From IMG/VR virus record IMGVR_UViG_2563366860_000002: a DNA stretch of 31,464 nt. One strand, written 5' to 3'. The notes under the pieces are model-generated. The model searched no databases. It saw nothing but the letters and a program-made list of their open reading frames with translations, and had not been told where the DNA came from. The DNA comes from a virus (taxonomy: Duplodnaviria; Heunggongvirae; Uroviricota; Caudoviricetes). How positions within the stretch are numbered: the first letter of the stretch is position 1; each line of letters starts with the position of its first letter. Made by a program: the position numbers and the translations under genes. This document shows positions 8,007-18,902 of the stretch, piece by piece.

Positions 8007-9965
8007 TTACGCCGTACATTTCACCAGACCGCGGTGATCAACTGGCGCGACACCGGCGTCAATACGCACTTTCGTTGTCACGCCATCCACACTGAAGCCC
8101 TCCATCTGATCAATATATGGCGTATCCACACCGTTGAGATAAGCCACTTCAATCGTATCGGAGCCTTTTGACGCAGCCAGGTAGAAGGTGGTCTGGCTGT
8201 TATCATCAAGACGAGGCTCTGCAATAACGGTCGCAAAATCTTTCACCGGGTTAATAATACCGGCGTTAATGTCAGCCCCCTTGACACTTGAGGAGCGAAT
8301 GACCTGGTTAGCAACAGACTCCATCGCCGTCGGTACCAGTACGAACGCAGGACGAATATTCAGATGACGCTCCCCCTCTTTCTGAACGCGCATCAACTGG
8401 CGGGCTTTATCCAGCGATGCCACGTCCATTGCAGCGCTCTCCAGTACGTTTGCATGTTTCGCTTTATCGAACAGACTTACATTATCTGTGGAGATTTTCG
8501 GGTTAGACGTCAGAATGGCATAAACCAGATCGGCAATAGTGGATTTCGCCGCACGGCCCAGTTTCATCGGGACATCGGTCAGCATATTCAGATCATCATT
8601 GATAATGGCCTGACGGGTGATACTGAACAGCTCGCCATAGGTCGCCAGTGCAATAGTGGCCTGTTTATCTCCGGTGGTGACGTATTTATATTCCGCCCCT
8701 TCACGCACCTGACGTAGAGCACTGAAGCCCCCCATACCCACACGATGGGCAATTTTAAAATCAGACAACTGACCTTTCCGCGTCCACTGTTCATAGGTTT
8801 CAGGGGCATCTTCCCAGCCCTGCAGAATGGCTTTGTTCGCAACATCCAGCAGAATATTACCGAAGTCAGACGTACTGTGTGTGAACGCCGCACCGACCAT
8901 CTGCATCGGGTTATAACCGGAAACCCCAATACCCCGTTCAGTTAGTGACATACGGGCATATTCACGCAGGGTCATCCCGTTGTAGACATTATCACGTTCG
9001 GTTTTTTCAAATCCGGCACGCGCCATCAGCGCCTGGCGAATCCCGTCCCCCACAAAATTACCGTTACCGGCATAAATATGAGCCGGGGTATTTTTATTGG
9101 ATGGCGTGGACTCGCGCCCCATCTCGTTCAACAGCTTTTCACGGGCCTGCTCCAGCGAACATTCAGGATCGGCAAGACACTGGGCCTGCAGCGTCTGATA
9201 ACGCCCGCCAAACATGGCAAACAGATCATTAATACCGTTTACACGCGCTTTTTGCTCTGCCAGTACCTGCGCACGGATACTGTTTTCATCCACCACGGGT
9301 GCTGCTGCCTGCACTGGCGTCCGGGAGGCTGCAGGTTCATCATCCTGTACGCGTGGAGCACTGTTGCGTGGCGGAGTAATCATGTTTCGAATGGATTCCG
9401 GCATCTTTTTAAATTCCTCTGTACGTTTTGACTGAATACATGCCATTGCCTTAACGGCTGGTGTCACCTGATCAGCAAATCCCTGTGCCAGACATTCGGC
9501 ACCGGACATCCAGGTCTCATCCGCCAGCATGGCAGCAATTTCATCGGTGGTTTTCCCGGTTTTCTGTGCATAAGCGGGTAACAGAACCGCCTCAACTTTA
9601 TCGAGCAGGTCGGCATAGGTGCGCATGTCCTCCGCATCACCGCCCGTAAAGCCAAATGGTTTATGAATCATCATGAAGGAGTTTTCCGGCATAATGACCG
9701 GGTTTCCCACCATCGCAATGACCGACGCCATTGACGCCGCCACACCGTCGACATAAACGGTAATGGACGCACCATGTGTTTTCAGTGCATTAAAAATGGC
9801 GATGCCTTCAAAGACATCGCCACCCGGTGAATTAATATGGAGATTAATGTGGGTGATATCGCCCAGTGCATTCAGATCACTGATAAACTGCTTCGCTGTA
9901 ACACCCCAGAAACCAATCTCGTCATAAATATAAATATCCGCGTCACTCTGGTGACCTGCCTGCAT
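8007..9965 (-). CDS. Prohead protease (ClpP/S49-like) fused to major capsid protein
   Basis: ORF 8007..10226; likely ATG at 9965, 14 nt after the portal stop; N-terminal ~200 aa have ClpP-like features (DADIYIYDEIGF..., INSPGGDVFEGIAIFNAL), then an Ala/Gln-rich linker and a ~300 aa C-terminal capsid-like domain. Confidence 0.8.
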   Translation of the reverse strand: MQAGHQSDADIYIYDEIGFWGVTAKQFISDLNALGDITHINLHINSPGGDVFEGIAIFNALKTHGASITVYVDGVAASMASVIAMVGNPVIMPENSFMMIHKPFGFTGGDAEDMRTYADLLDKVEAVLLPAYAQKTGKTTDEIAAMLADETWMSGAECLAQGFADQVTPAVKAMACIQSKRTEEFKKMPESIRNMITPPRNSAPRVQDDEPAASRTPVQAAAPVVDENSIRAQVLAEQKARVNGINDLFAMFGGRYQTLQAQCLADPECSLEQAREKLLNEMGRESTPSNKNTPAHIYAGNGNFVGDGIRQALMARAGFEKTERDNVYNGMTLREYARMSLTERGIGVSGYNPMQMVGAAFTHSTSDFGNILLDVANKAILQGWEDAPETYEQWTRKGQLSDFKIAHRVGMGGFSALRQVREGAEYKYVTTGDKQATIALATYGELFSITRQAIINDDLNMLTDVPMKLGRAAKSTIADLVYAILTSNPKISTDNVSLFDKAKHANVLESAAMDVASLDKARQLMRVQKEGERHLNIRPAFVLVPTAMESVANQVIRSSSVKGADINAGIINPVKDFATVIAEPRLDDNSQTTFYLAASKGSDTIEVAYLNGVDTPYIDQMEGFSVDGVTTKVRIDAGVAPVDHRGLVKCTA

Positions 9966-9978
9966 CCTGAACCAGGAA

Positions 9979-11487
9979 TTATTCTTCGGACTGGTCGTCG
10001 GTGTGCTGCGGCTCCTGTCGTTTCGTTGCGGCACTGCTGCCTCCTTTATCACTGGCCGGATCGGTATCAAATACCAGATCCAGCTTGCGGTTTTCATCAA
10101 TTTCGGCCTTGCGCCGACGTTTGACATCATCCGGATTACGACCACCTGCACGTACCCAGTCTGATTCTGTCGCCGCTCCACCACGAATCTGAATTTTCCA
10201 GGCCTCAGCCTCCTTAACAGGGTCAATCCACGGCATCACCGGTCCGGAATACACCGCGGTATACAGTGAAGAACGATCAAGATCGCGGGGTAGCCTGATA
10301 ACACCGGATGCCACAGCCTGTTTCAGCCAGGCACGATACATCGGGCGGGTGACGGCACCAATAAACCAGTCCTGCAGGATCAGGTAGCCATCAGTGGATT
10401 CAACCAGCTCCTGACGCTGGGCGCTGTAAGTGCCGTTATAGTTGCGTGCCGTACTGGAAAAACTCAGACGACTGCCCGCCGCCACGGCACGCAACTGACC
10501 ATTACGAAAAGTTTCAAGGTTAGGATTGGGACGATCCGACTTCACCATTCCGATTTCTTCGCCGGGTTTCAGATCGTCGTAAATAATGCCTGGCTGAATG
10601 GTAAGCTCGCGTTCATTCTCCTTGCTGCCATTACCATCCGGTTCATAGCTCTGCCCGTCGCCTTTCCGGATGTACATCCCCAGAGCAGCGGCGATCCTTG
10701 CTGCAGTCAGCTCAGAATCTTCATACTCTTTCAGGGCACTGAGGCGGATCAGCACACCGGACAACAAAGACGTCCCGCGCATCTGGTGCAGACGGCGAAC
10801 AAATTTAAGATGCAGCATTCGCTCTGCATCCACTTCTTTGGTTTCCATCTGCCGCCCGGATACGGGACGGCTTTTATACACCAGATATTTTTCGGGACGC
10901 CCCCAGTCATCAACAAACACGCCCTGATTCAGCCTGTTGCTCTCATCACTGGTCATGGGAATAAAGTCCGGCTCGAGCGCCTCCAGCCAGAAATGAACAC
11001 CGGCAGAAGGCGTCAGGCTGTTTATGCGCCCGGAAACCATCTGGGCAAACACCTCACCATCGCGCAGCCAGGTACGCAGCATCAGACGTTCCAGCATCGG
11101 ACGGGTAAACTGCCCGGTGACTTCCGGACTGACAGACCATTCACTCCATCGGGTGCGTATCTCCGCTGCCAGATCACGGGCAATGGCCCCATTGCGTAAT
11201 ACCGGATGTGGCTCGACAATAATCCCGTTTTTCCCCACCACCCGTTCTTCCAGCTTGTCAAATACACCAATAACCAGATCGTGGTTGTTATCAAGGTAAC
11301 GGGCCTGCTCACGTAACGACACGGCCCCGTACTGGCTTAACTGGTCGGCAGTTCGGTTTTCCCGCCGGGCTTTGTGTGTCCGTGTCGTTTTTACGGCCTC
11401 ATAAGCCTGGATCACCGCACGGGAACGCAGCCTTGCCGCTTTCCATCCTGGTGAAAAAACGCCAATCACATCATCAAGAATTGCCAT
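9979..11487 (-). CDS. Portal protein
   Basis: ORF 9979..11559; ATG at 11487 overlaps the gpW-like stop (ATGA); ~500 aa protein between gpW-like/terminase and the protease-capsid gene, as for lambda gpB. Confidence 0.85.
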   Translation of the reverse strand: MAILDDVIGVFSPGWKAARLRSRAVIQAYEAVKTTRTHKARRENRTADQLSQYGAVSLREQARYLDNNHDLVIGVFDKLEERVVGKNGIIVEPHPVLRNGAIARDLAAEIRTRWSEWSVSPEVTGQFTRPMLERLMLRTWLRDGEVFAQMVSGRINSLTPSAGVHFWLEALEPDFIPMTSDESNRLNQGVFVDDWGRPEKYLVYKSRPVSGRQMETKEVDAERMLHLKFVRRLHQMRGTSLLSGVLIRLSALKEYEDSELTAARIAAALGMYIRKGDGQSYEPDGNGSKENERELTIQPGIIYDDLKPGEEIGMVKSDRPNPNLETFRNGQLRAVAAGSRLSFSSTARNYNGTYSAQRQELVESTDGYLILQDWFIGAVTRPMYRAWLKQAVASGVIRLPRDLDRSSLYTAVYSGPVMPWIDPVKEAEAWKIQIRGGAATESDWVRAGGRNPDDVKRRRKAEIDENRKLDLVFDTDPASDKGGSSAATKRQEPQHTDDQSEE

Positions 11488-11699
11488 CAGAACCTCGCCA
11501 GCCGGTACCCGGGATGCCCCCGTCGTCGTGTAATCAGAGCCGCAAGGCGGCGCTCCCACTCCTGCCGTCCCTGCCGGATCTCAGATAAGTTTTCCATGGT
11601 CATCTGCTGACCATTAAAGGTGACGGATTTTCCGTCCAGCACCGCCATTTCAGCTTCCGTATAACGCTGAATCATGGCTTCGATATCATTCTGGTTCAT
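11487..11699 (-). CDS. gpW-like head-tail joining protein
   Basis: ~70 aa; ATG at 11699 overlaps the terminase stop with GGAGG upstream; C-terminal ...RRRGHPGY... resembles lambda gpW; position between terminase and portal. Confidence 0.7.
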   Translation of the reverse strand: MNQNDIEAMIQRYTEAEMAVLDGKSVTFNGQQMTMENLSEIRQGRQEWERRLAALITRRRGHPGYRLARF

Positions 11700-13798
11700 A
11701 ACCATCCTCCGGAAGTCAGCCAGGGGTTAACATCGTCAGTTACTGTTTTCTTCCGTTTTTGTTTTTTAACAGGCGTGGATACCGGTTCCGGTGTGGGTGA
11801 CGGTTCGGTACTGTCCGGGACACACTCCAGCCAGGTTTCCCGGCTCGCCCACTCCGGTGCATCCGGCCAGCGGATCTTTTCGTATCCATGCAGAATGACC
11901 AGAGCCTCGGCATACACCATCAGGTCAAAAGCTTCGTTGGCACCGCGACCCGGCTTACTCCATTTCCCGTCACTGCTCCGCTCTTCATACGTCAGTTCGT
12001 CGTAAAACCAGCTCCCCAGCCAGTCAGGGAAATGCACATAGCCGGGACCTGGCGAGTCACGCCATAACGCGTTATTCACCCGGTCTTTCAGGGCATCCGT
12101 CTGAAGAAGCCAGAGCGGCACATCACCTGCGGCCTGCGCCCGGCGGCCCGTTCGTCCGGTGTTATCAGGGAATGTACGGCTGATCAGTTTTGCGCGCCGG
12201 ATGCTGTCACCCTTAAACAGGTAAATACGTTTACCAAGGCCATCACGACGGCAACGACGCCAGAATTTATAGGCATTATCAGTGACCCCGTCTTCACCGC
12301 CGGAGTCCACCGCCATTGCCATCAGTCGCATTTGTTGAGAAGGATCGGAGGCCAGCGGCCAGCTTTTATGAAAAACATCCGTCAGCAGGACATCCCAGTC
12401 TTCCGGATAGCTGGCCGGATCAATTCGCTGGCTCTCCCCGTCGCTGTCACCGCGCAATGACTGCGTGATGTTGTAACGATCAATAATCCAGCGTTCGCCA
12501 CGGCTGCCATAGCCCGTTACCTGAACCACAAAACGGCGATGACGTCCCGCCTGCACATCCACTGTCGCCACAAGGAAATTAACGCCATCCGGCACACTGC
12601 GGGAAGGAACTGGCTCTGCCCGCTGCTCAAGCAATTCACTTTTTCGTTGCTCCATGCTGGCGCGGGGAAGATAAGGTAATCCCCAGTCGGTATTGATAAC
12701 CGTCTTGAGTGTCTCTTCACTTCCGGTTGTCTCGTATTCCTGTTCTGCAGTAAGCAGTTTGTAAACGAGTTGCGAGAGTGTCTGATAAGCAGCTGCCGGA
12801 CCCTCCATCCAGAATGACGCAATACGTGAACGCCGGGGATCACCATAACGACTGCCATCTGCATTGATGGATTCACCATCCCGTAACCAGACCCCACGTC
12901 CGTTCAGCTCGCGTTTTTGTTCAGGCAAAATCCGTCCTGAACAGGAAGGACACTGAATATAAGCCGCCTCACTTGCCAGCACAGGATCGGCAATATCACG
13001 GAAACCAGCAACCACATCGCCGCAGGGCTGAAAATACTCACCACAGTGTGGACAGGGCCAGTACCAGCGACGGCGATCGCCACGGTTATAGAGCGACAGG
13101 ATCCCCGTGGTTGGTGGAGCCTCATGCGGTGAAGTCCGTCGCCATTTCACATCCTTCACATCCCTGCCGGGGGAACTCTCCACCAGCGTCATACCACTGG
13201 ACATAAATGTGGTGGTACGTTTTGAGGCAAGAGAGAAGGCATCCCCCTCACCATCAATATCTTCCGGAAAACGGTCATAATCCGTCAGCGCCACGCATTT
13301 ATAATCTGATGAAGACATGATATTGACTGACGGCCAGCCGATTTTCAGGTAGTTGCCAGCAAGGAATGTTCTGTCATAAACGTTGTTGTCATTTTTGTTC
13401 GGACTCAGGCGACTGACCACTTCCGGGCTGACGCGAAACGTTCTGGCGAGTCGTTTTTTGGAGTGTTCGCGGGCTTTTTCCTCCGTCATCTGAATGATCA
13501 GCATATCAGCAGGATCGCAAATCACGTTGTAAATCACCCAGCCGTCAATCAGGCCGATAGTCTTGCCGGTTCGTGCCGGGCCAACAAATATCACTGCGTC
13601 GTATTCACGCGAGGCCAGGCAGTTCATAGGCTCAATAACATACGGTGCCACCAGCGGATCCCACGGGACTGAGTTCCCTGCCCCCATAGGCACCCGCATA
13701 TACTGAGCAACGGCATCAGCAACCCGCATTCGTCTCGGTGCGCGAAGGATATAACCTGAATCGGTTCGTGCTGCCTTTGCGGTTTCCTGATTCAGCAT
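11696..13798 (-). CDS. Terminase large subunit (lambda gpA-like)
   Basis: 700 aa; Walker A-like FVGPARTGKT; CPHCGE zinc-ribbon-like motif as I recall in lambda gpA; start overlaps the small-subunit stop. Confidence 0.95.
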   Translation of the reverse strand: MLNQETAKAARTDSGYILRAPRRMRVADAVAQYMRVPMGAGNSVPWDPLVAPYVIEPMNCLASREYDAVIFVGPARTGKTIGLIDGWVIYNVICDPADMLIIQMTEEKAREHSKKRLARTFRVSPEVVSRLSPNKNDNNVYDRTFLAGNYLKIGWPSVNIMSSSDYKCVALTDYDRFPEDIDGEGDAFSLASKRTTTFMSSGMTLVESSPGRDVKDVKWRRTSPHEAPPTTGILSLYNRGDRRRWYWPCPHCGEYFQPCGDVVAGFRDIADPVLASEAAYIQCPSCSGRILPEQKRELNGRGVWLRDGESINADGSRYGDPRRSRIASFWMEGPAAAYQTLSQLVYKLLTAEQEYETTGSEETLKTVINTDWGLPYLPRASMEQRKSELLEQRAEPVPSRSVPDGVNFLVATVDVQAGRHRRFVVQVTGYGSRGERWIIDRYNITQSLRGDSDGESQRIDPASYPEDWDVLLTDVFHKSWPLASDPSQQMRLMAMAVDSGGEDGVTDNAYKFWRRCRRDGLGKRIYLFKGDSIRRAKLISRTFPDNTGRTGRRAQAAGDVPLWLLQTDALKDRVNNALWRDSPGPGYVHFPDWLGSWFYDELTYEERSSDGKWSKPGRGANEAFDLMVYAEALVILHGYEKIRWPDAPEWASRETWLECVPDSTEPSPTPEPVSTPVKKQKRKKTVTDDVNPWLTSGGWL

Positions 13799-14292
13799 TA
13801 CTCCTCCTGCTGTAATTCCTCCTCATCATCCGCACCTGCTTCAGTCACCCGCAGGGCTATCTGATCGCGCAGATCATCAATAATGGACTGAACACGGCTC
13901 ACAGCGGCAGGCTGCAGACCGCAGTCACGTTCAAGAATATCCGGTAATGTCTCCAGCACCTGCACGACCGCTTTTGCCCAGATGGCAAACTCCCGTCTGA
14001 CATCACTGGCCGGAATGAGTTGTGCCGTTTCCTGTTCGAACTTAAGACGCTCACGTTCAGACTGATACCAGGCTTTGCGCTCATGCGCGTCCATTTCGCC
14101 TTCTGCAACCGGCGGTGGTAATGCCAGAAATGCCGACACAATATCAACCACCCGATAAAGCTTGAGGTTGCTTTCATGCCCCCCTGCAACGGGTAGATTT
14201 TGCAGCCTTGCCGCAGCAGTCTGGCGATGTACACCTGACAATGCCGCCAGTTGACTGATATTCAGCGTCAGATTTTTTAACTCTCGATCCAT
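13798..14292 (-). CDS. Terminase small subunit (Nu1-like, N-terminal HTH)
   Basis: 164 aa immediately upstream of and overlapping the large subunit; N-terminal HTH-like LNISQLAALSGVHRQTAAARL; acidic C-terminus; ~180 bp downstream of the cos-like site. Confidence 0.85.
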   Translation of the reverse strand: MDRELKNLTLNISQLAALSGVHRQTAAARLQNLPVAGGHESNLKLYRVVDIVSAFLALPPPVAEGEMDAHERKAWYQSERERLKFEQETAQLIPASDVRREFAIWAKAVVQVLETLPDILERDCGLQPAAVSRVQSIIDDLRDQIALRVTEAGADDEEELQQEE

Positions 14293-14439
14293 ACCCGCTC
14301 CAGAATGTTTTAAACATGCATCTTGCGAACAACTTTAGGCAAACGGTGTTAGTGATGAACAAAAAACAATCAGAATCGACACCATAAAAATAAATCCACT
14401 GTAATATCAATCAATTACAGTAGTGGTGATGACGAATAA

Positions 14440-14540
14440 AATTTCAAAAACTAGCCTTTTTCCGCGACGCTCCCGCCCCGTGGCAGGGGCCCCCACCGGG
14501 AGGACCCGACAGCCTGACAGCCTGACAGCCGTGACGAGCA
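14440..14540 (-). promoter_or_regulatory. Putative cos (cosN-like) DNA packaging site with flanking repeats
   Basis: Minus-strand ACGGGGCGGGAGCGTCGCGG at ~14462-14481 resembles my recollection of lambda cosN (ACGGGGCGGCGACCTCGCGGG) and sits ~180 bp upstream of the small terminase start, as cosN does relative to Nu1; 3 tandem GACAGCCT copies at ~14508-14531; inverted repeat CCACTGTAAT...ATTACAGTAGTGG at ~14396-14426. Confidence 0.45.
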
Positions 14541-14666
14541 TCTGATACAGCGCTTTACATAATGGCATAGGAATAATTCAGAAGGACATCACAGCATGCC
14601 CACACAAATTAGTGTGAGTGTCCTGTTTCTTCCTACGCACAGGACTGACGAGCATGAGGGGAAAAT

Positions 14667-14834
14667 ATGCGAACCATAAATGCCTCATCTTCAGCAATGC
14701 AGCCGGCATCCGAACAGGACGATATTGTAAATTCACCTAATTACGAGGACATTGCAGTAGTTGAATTGCAGCTCTGTATTAGCCTGACAGTGACAGAATG
14801 CGATATTGACTCTGTCACAGGTGAAATAGTTTGA
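14667..14834 (+). CDS. Small acidic hypothetical protein (55 aa)
   Basis: ATG with GAGGGG RBS 6 nt upstream; MRTINASSSAMQPASEQDDIVNSPNYEDIAVVELQLCISLTVTECDIDSVTGEIV; below the ORF-track size cut-off; no family recognised. Confidence 0.35.
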   Translation: MRTINASSSAMQPASEQDDIVNSPNYEDIAVVELQLCISLTVTECDIDSVTGEIV

Positions 14835-14854
14835 ATGATTAGCAGTTATGGTGC

Positions 14855-15061
14855 TCAGTCAACCACCAGGGAATAATCCTTCGAATTCTTATCGTGCTTC
14901 ACCAACGCTGCCTCAATTGCCCTGAATGCTTCCAGAGACACCTGATGTTCTATACATGCAATTACAACATCCGGGTAACTCATAGAAATGGTGCTATTAA
15001 GCATATTTTTTACACGAATCAGATCCAACGAGAGTTCATCAGCAGATTGTTCTTTATTCAT
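14855..15061 (-). CDS. Hypothetical protein (68 aa), convergent with the 55 aa ORF
   Basis: ATG start with GGAG ~9 nt upstream; [21 protein letters not shown]...; no family recognised. Confidence 0.5.
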   Translation of the reverse strand: MNKEQSADELSLDLIRVKNMLNSTISMSYPDVVIACIEHQVSLEAFRAIEAALVKHDKNSKDYSLVVD

Positions 15062-15361
15062 TTTGTCGCTCCATGCGTTTGCTCGTCATCTAGCGGTTAA
15101 AATATTACTTCAAATCTTACTGCATAAAAGAGGAAAAGTATGAAAGTTTGAGTACATCGACCTTACATACATCTGTCGGTTGCATATCCCTCCTGGATGC
15201 CAGCAAGGCTCAATTTTGTTACGCAATCAACACTATTCATTAAAAACAGGCTTAATATTTGACATAAATCATCAACAAAACACAAAGAGGTCAGACCAGA
15301 TTAAAACAATAAACACGATAATGCAAACTACGCGCCATCGTATCACATGGAAGGTTTACCA

Positions 15362-15772
15362 ATGGCTCAGGCTGCCATTTTTAAAGAAATATTCGATCAA
15401 GTGCGTAAAGATTTAAACTGTGAATTATTTTATTCTGAGCTAAAACGTCACAATATCTCACTTTATATTTACTATTTAGCCACAGATAATATTCACATTG
15501 TGTTAGAAAACGACAACATAGTGTTAGTAAAAGGACTCAAAAAGGTTGTAAATGTTAAATTCTCCAGAAACAAACATCTTATAGAGACCTCCTATAATAA
15601 GTTGAAATCAAAAGAAATCACATTTCAACAATACAGGGAAAATCTTGCTAAAGCAGGAGTTTTCCGATGGGTTACAAATATCCAGGAACACCAAAGATAT
15701 TACTATGCCTTTGATAACTCATTACTATTTACTGAAAGCATCCAGAAAACTACACAGATCTTACCACGCTAA
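15362..15772 (+). CDS. DUF1398 (YdfO/YbcV-like) prophage protein
   Basis: ORF 15347..15772; ATG at 15362 ([18 protein letters not shown]...); family call from memory of prophage YdfO-type proteins; AT-rich codon usage typical of moron cargo. Confidence 0.65.
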   Translation: MAQAAIFKEIFDQVRKDLNCELFYSELKRHNISLYIYYLATDNIHIVLENDNIVLVKGLKKVVNVKFSRNKHLIETSYNKLKSKEITFQQYRENLAKAGVFRWVTNIQEHQRYYYAFDNSLLFTESIQKTTQILPR

Positions 15773-15923
15773 ACCATAACGTCCGGCTTCTCTCACTCCT
15801 GAGCCGGACTGCATTGGTTTAATAAAAACCATCAACAATTGTGATTTAGATATTCGGAACCATTCAAATATAACAAAACCCCGTAAAAACGAGGTTTATG
15901 GATAAATTTTATTATTGAATACA

Positions 15924-16100
15924 TCAGATTAAATTAATCTTGACATCATAGCTTTCAAGACCCGTCATTTTTTCCCGTGCGGTAAACTGAATACTGGTAA
16001 CTTCTTTCCCGGTCTTTTTCTTAAGTTCAATAATTTTTTTTGTTATATATTCAGAAATATCTGCTTCTGCTTTTGTTTTTAAGTTTTCAATATTCATCAT
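15924..16100 (-). CDS. gnsB: GnsA/GnsB-family small protein (58 aa)
   Basis: Hand-translated: MMNIENLKTKAEADISEYITKKIIELKKKTGKEVTSIQFTAREKMTGLESYDVKINLI, resembling E. coli GnsB as I recall it; GAGGAA RBS; not in ORF track (<60 aa). Confidence 0.65.
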   Translation of the reverse strand: MMNIENLKTKAEADISEYITKKIIELKKKTGKEVTSIQFTAREKMTGLESYDVKINLI

Positions 16101-16268
16101 TTCCTCTTTTAGTCTGTTATGACTTTCCAGTTACACAGTAAGTCGATTATATGGTGCAAACGTGTAAAAGATAAGATGAAACATCGCAATAATCAACATA
16201 CGATAGTCTAAATTTTACACAAACAGACAAAGAGAATTTTCCTGAATTATCAATACAATAGCATCAAA

Positions 16269-16499
16269 TCAACTCAAGAGCCTTATTGCTGCTTCCAGAA
16301 TTTCTTCTGAAGTAACATGTCGATCCGCGGCTACATAAATGACTTTATGATCTCCGGTCAGAGATGGAAACCCTGCGGCCATTACAGTAAGGTGTGTTTT
16401 TTCGCCATTTGGATATTCACGCATGATGGTGTTAACTCCAGTCATCGCTGGCACTACCACTGCTGGTTCAGAGTTAAAAAAAACTATGATTTTTTTCAT
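16269..16499 (-). CDS. Hypothetical protein (~76 aa)
   Basis: ORF 16269..16541 (TTG); first ATG at 16499 (MKKIIVFFNSEPAVVVPAMTGVNTIMREYPNGEKTHL...); weak RBS; no family recognised. Confidence 0.45.
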   Translation of the reverse strand: MKKIIVFFNSEPAVVVPAMTGVNTIMREYPNGEKTHLTVMAAGFPSLTGDHKVIYVAADRHVTSEEILEAAIRLLS

Positions 16500-16542
16500 G
16501 ATGTTACCGTAGTATGTGAGTATCCATCGAATAGATACCAAG

Positions 16543-16572
16543 CAAAAAAGCTCCCGAAGGAGCCTTCATTTT
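16543..16572 (-). terminator. Intrinsic terminator downstream of the cspI-like gene
   Basis: Minus strand GGCTCC-TTCG-GGAGCT followed by TTTTTTGCTT; an A-tract on the other side also allows bidirectional function. Confidence 0.5.
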
Positions 16573-16770
16573 CACTTTTTTAAATCCAACGACAGACGGC
16601 TGGCATTTAAGTATTGTGAAATATTATCAAATGTAATCATCATTGATTTACAAAAGATACATTTTGCCCCGAAAGGATTCATGTCAGAAACATCAAAAGA
16701 TGATGTTCTATACTGGGAACCATGACAACACGGGCATCTAAAGTGAATATGGTTTGTAATATTGTCTACC

Positions 16771-16983
16771 TCAAAGCGCCACTACATGAACAGCGGCAGG
16801 ACCTTTAGGTCCGTTCTCAATACCAAATTCAACTTCCTGATTCTCAGTTAATGTTTTGAAATCGTTGCTCTGAATTGCTGAGAAATGGACAAACACATCT
16901 TTGCTGCCATCTTTCGGCGTGATGAAACCAAAACCTTTTTCAGGGTTAAACCATTTCACTAAACCAGTCATTTTGTTAGACAT
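16771..16983 (-). CDS. cspI: Cold shock protein (CspI-like)
   Basis: 70 aa; [38 protein letters not shown]... with canonical CSD RNP motifs (KGFGFI, VFVHF); ~360 bp AT-rich 5' region consistent with a long cold-shock leader. Confidence 0.9.
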   Translation of the reverse strand: MSNKMTGLVKWFNPEKGFGFITPKDGSKDVFVHFSAIQSNDFKTLTENQEVEFGIENGPKGPAAVHVVAL

Positions 16984-17346
16984 AATTATTACCTTTTGAA
17001 GAAATTAGCCCTTGGGCAGAATGGTCCGAAAAAAAATATCAGAGAGAAAAACCAACAAGGAAATCTCAAGAGGTACAAATAATAAAATTATAACAATGAC
17101 TGCTTCAGATAAATTTGTAACAAACCAGAACACCATTAACGCATGATTAACCACCCATAGCAAGGATTACTTTTGTAAAGAAAAACACAGCAATGAAAGA
17201 ATAGCTTTATTTATTAATAATAACGTGTCATTCTGATTAAGACCTTTTATCTTACCCTTAAGATTTCAGGAATTTTGGCTCATGGAAGAGTCCTTTTTAT
17301 TTAAATTTTACATTCCGCGATGTAAATGTTCCGATTTAATATTACC

Positions 17347-18370
<1,024 letters not shown>

Positions 18371-18374
<4 letters not shown>

Positions 18375-18658
18375 ATATATTTATGATGAGGACGCTCGTG
18401 CTTATTGGCAGGATTTTCAATCTTAAAGGAGTACTGATGCTGCAGATAAGACTCAACTTTTTCTGACAATTTTTCTGCTACTTCCAGGAAGACTTGCCGG
18501 ACGCTCCTTCTGGCTGCTGCCTCATAAAACTCCAGCGCAGCTCCTTCAACACGGTCCATGGCGACATCCAGGTCAAAAATTTCACCGTCAAAGCGTTCTT
18601 TGTCCTGTAAGGCTACAGTTACCGTAACTTTATTCTCAAAATTACGGACTCCTTTCAC
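18371..18658 (-). CDS. YdfR-like small protein between holin and endolysin
   Basis: 95 aa ORF with GTG start; occupies the slot held by ydfR in Qin-type lysis cassettes; function unknown. Confidence 0.55.
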
Positions 18659-18686
18659 AACCAGTTCATAGTCTTGAGTCGTTGGA

Positions 18687-18902
18687 TTACTCTCCTCTCG
18701 CAGCCTTACGCCTGTCTTCTTTAATCTTGAAATAAAGATTTGTCAGATACGTCAGCAGGCCAAAAACCAGGCTACCCAGCACACCGATTGCAGCCCACTG
18801 TGACGGAGTTACTTTATCGAGTAACTGCAATGCCCAGAAACCAGCATTACCCGCCGATGTGCCATAGGCAACACCTGTTGTTAACTTATCCATTGATTTC
18901 AT
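18687..18902 (-). CDS. S: Class II holin (S21-type pinholin) with dual-start motif
   Basis: ORF 18687..18977; ATG at 18902 gives 71 aa [71 protein letters not shown]; two TM segments; Met1/Met4 start pair; GAGG RBS. Confidence 0.85.
   Translation of the reverse strand: MKSMDKLTTGVAYGTSAGNAGFWALQLLDKVTPSQWAAIGVLGSLVFGLLTYLTNLYFKIKEDRRKAARGE

Noticed and set aside
12517-14234. ORFs 12517..12897, 12973..13206, 13463..13672, 13899..14234 within the terminase genes
   Set aside because: Nested in or antisense to the terminase large and small subunit frames; no independent support.
14508-14535. Tandem GACAGCCT repeats considered as a possible CRISPR-like or VNTR array
   Set aside because: Only about three 8-bp copies with no spacers; better explained as part of the cos region.
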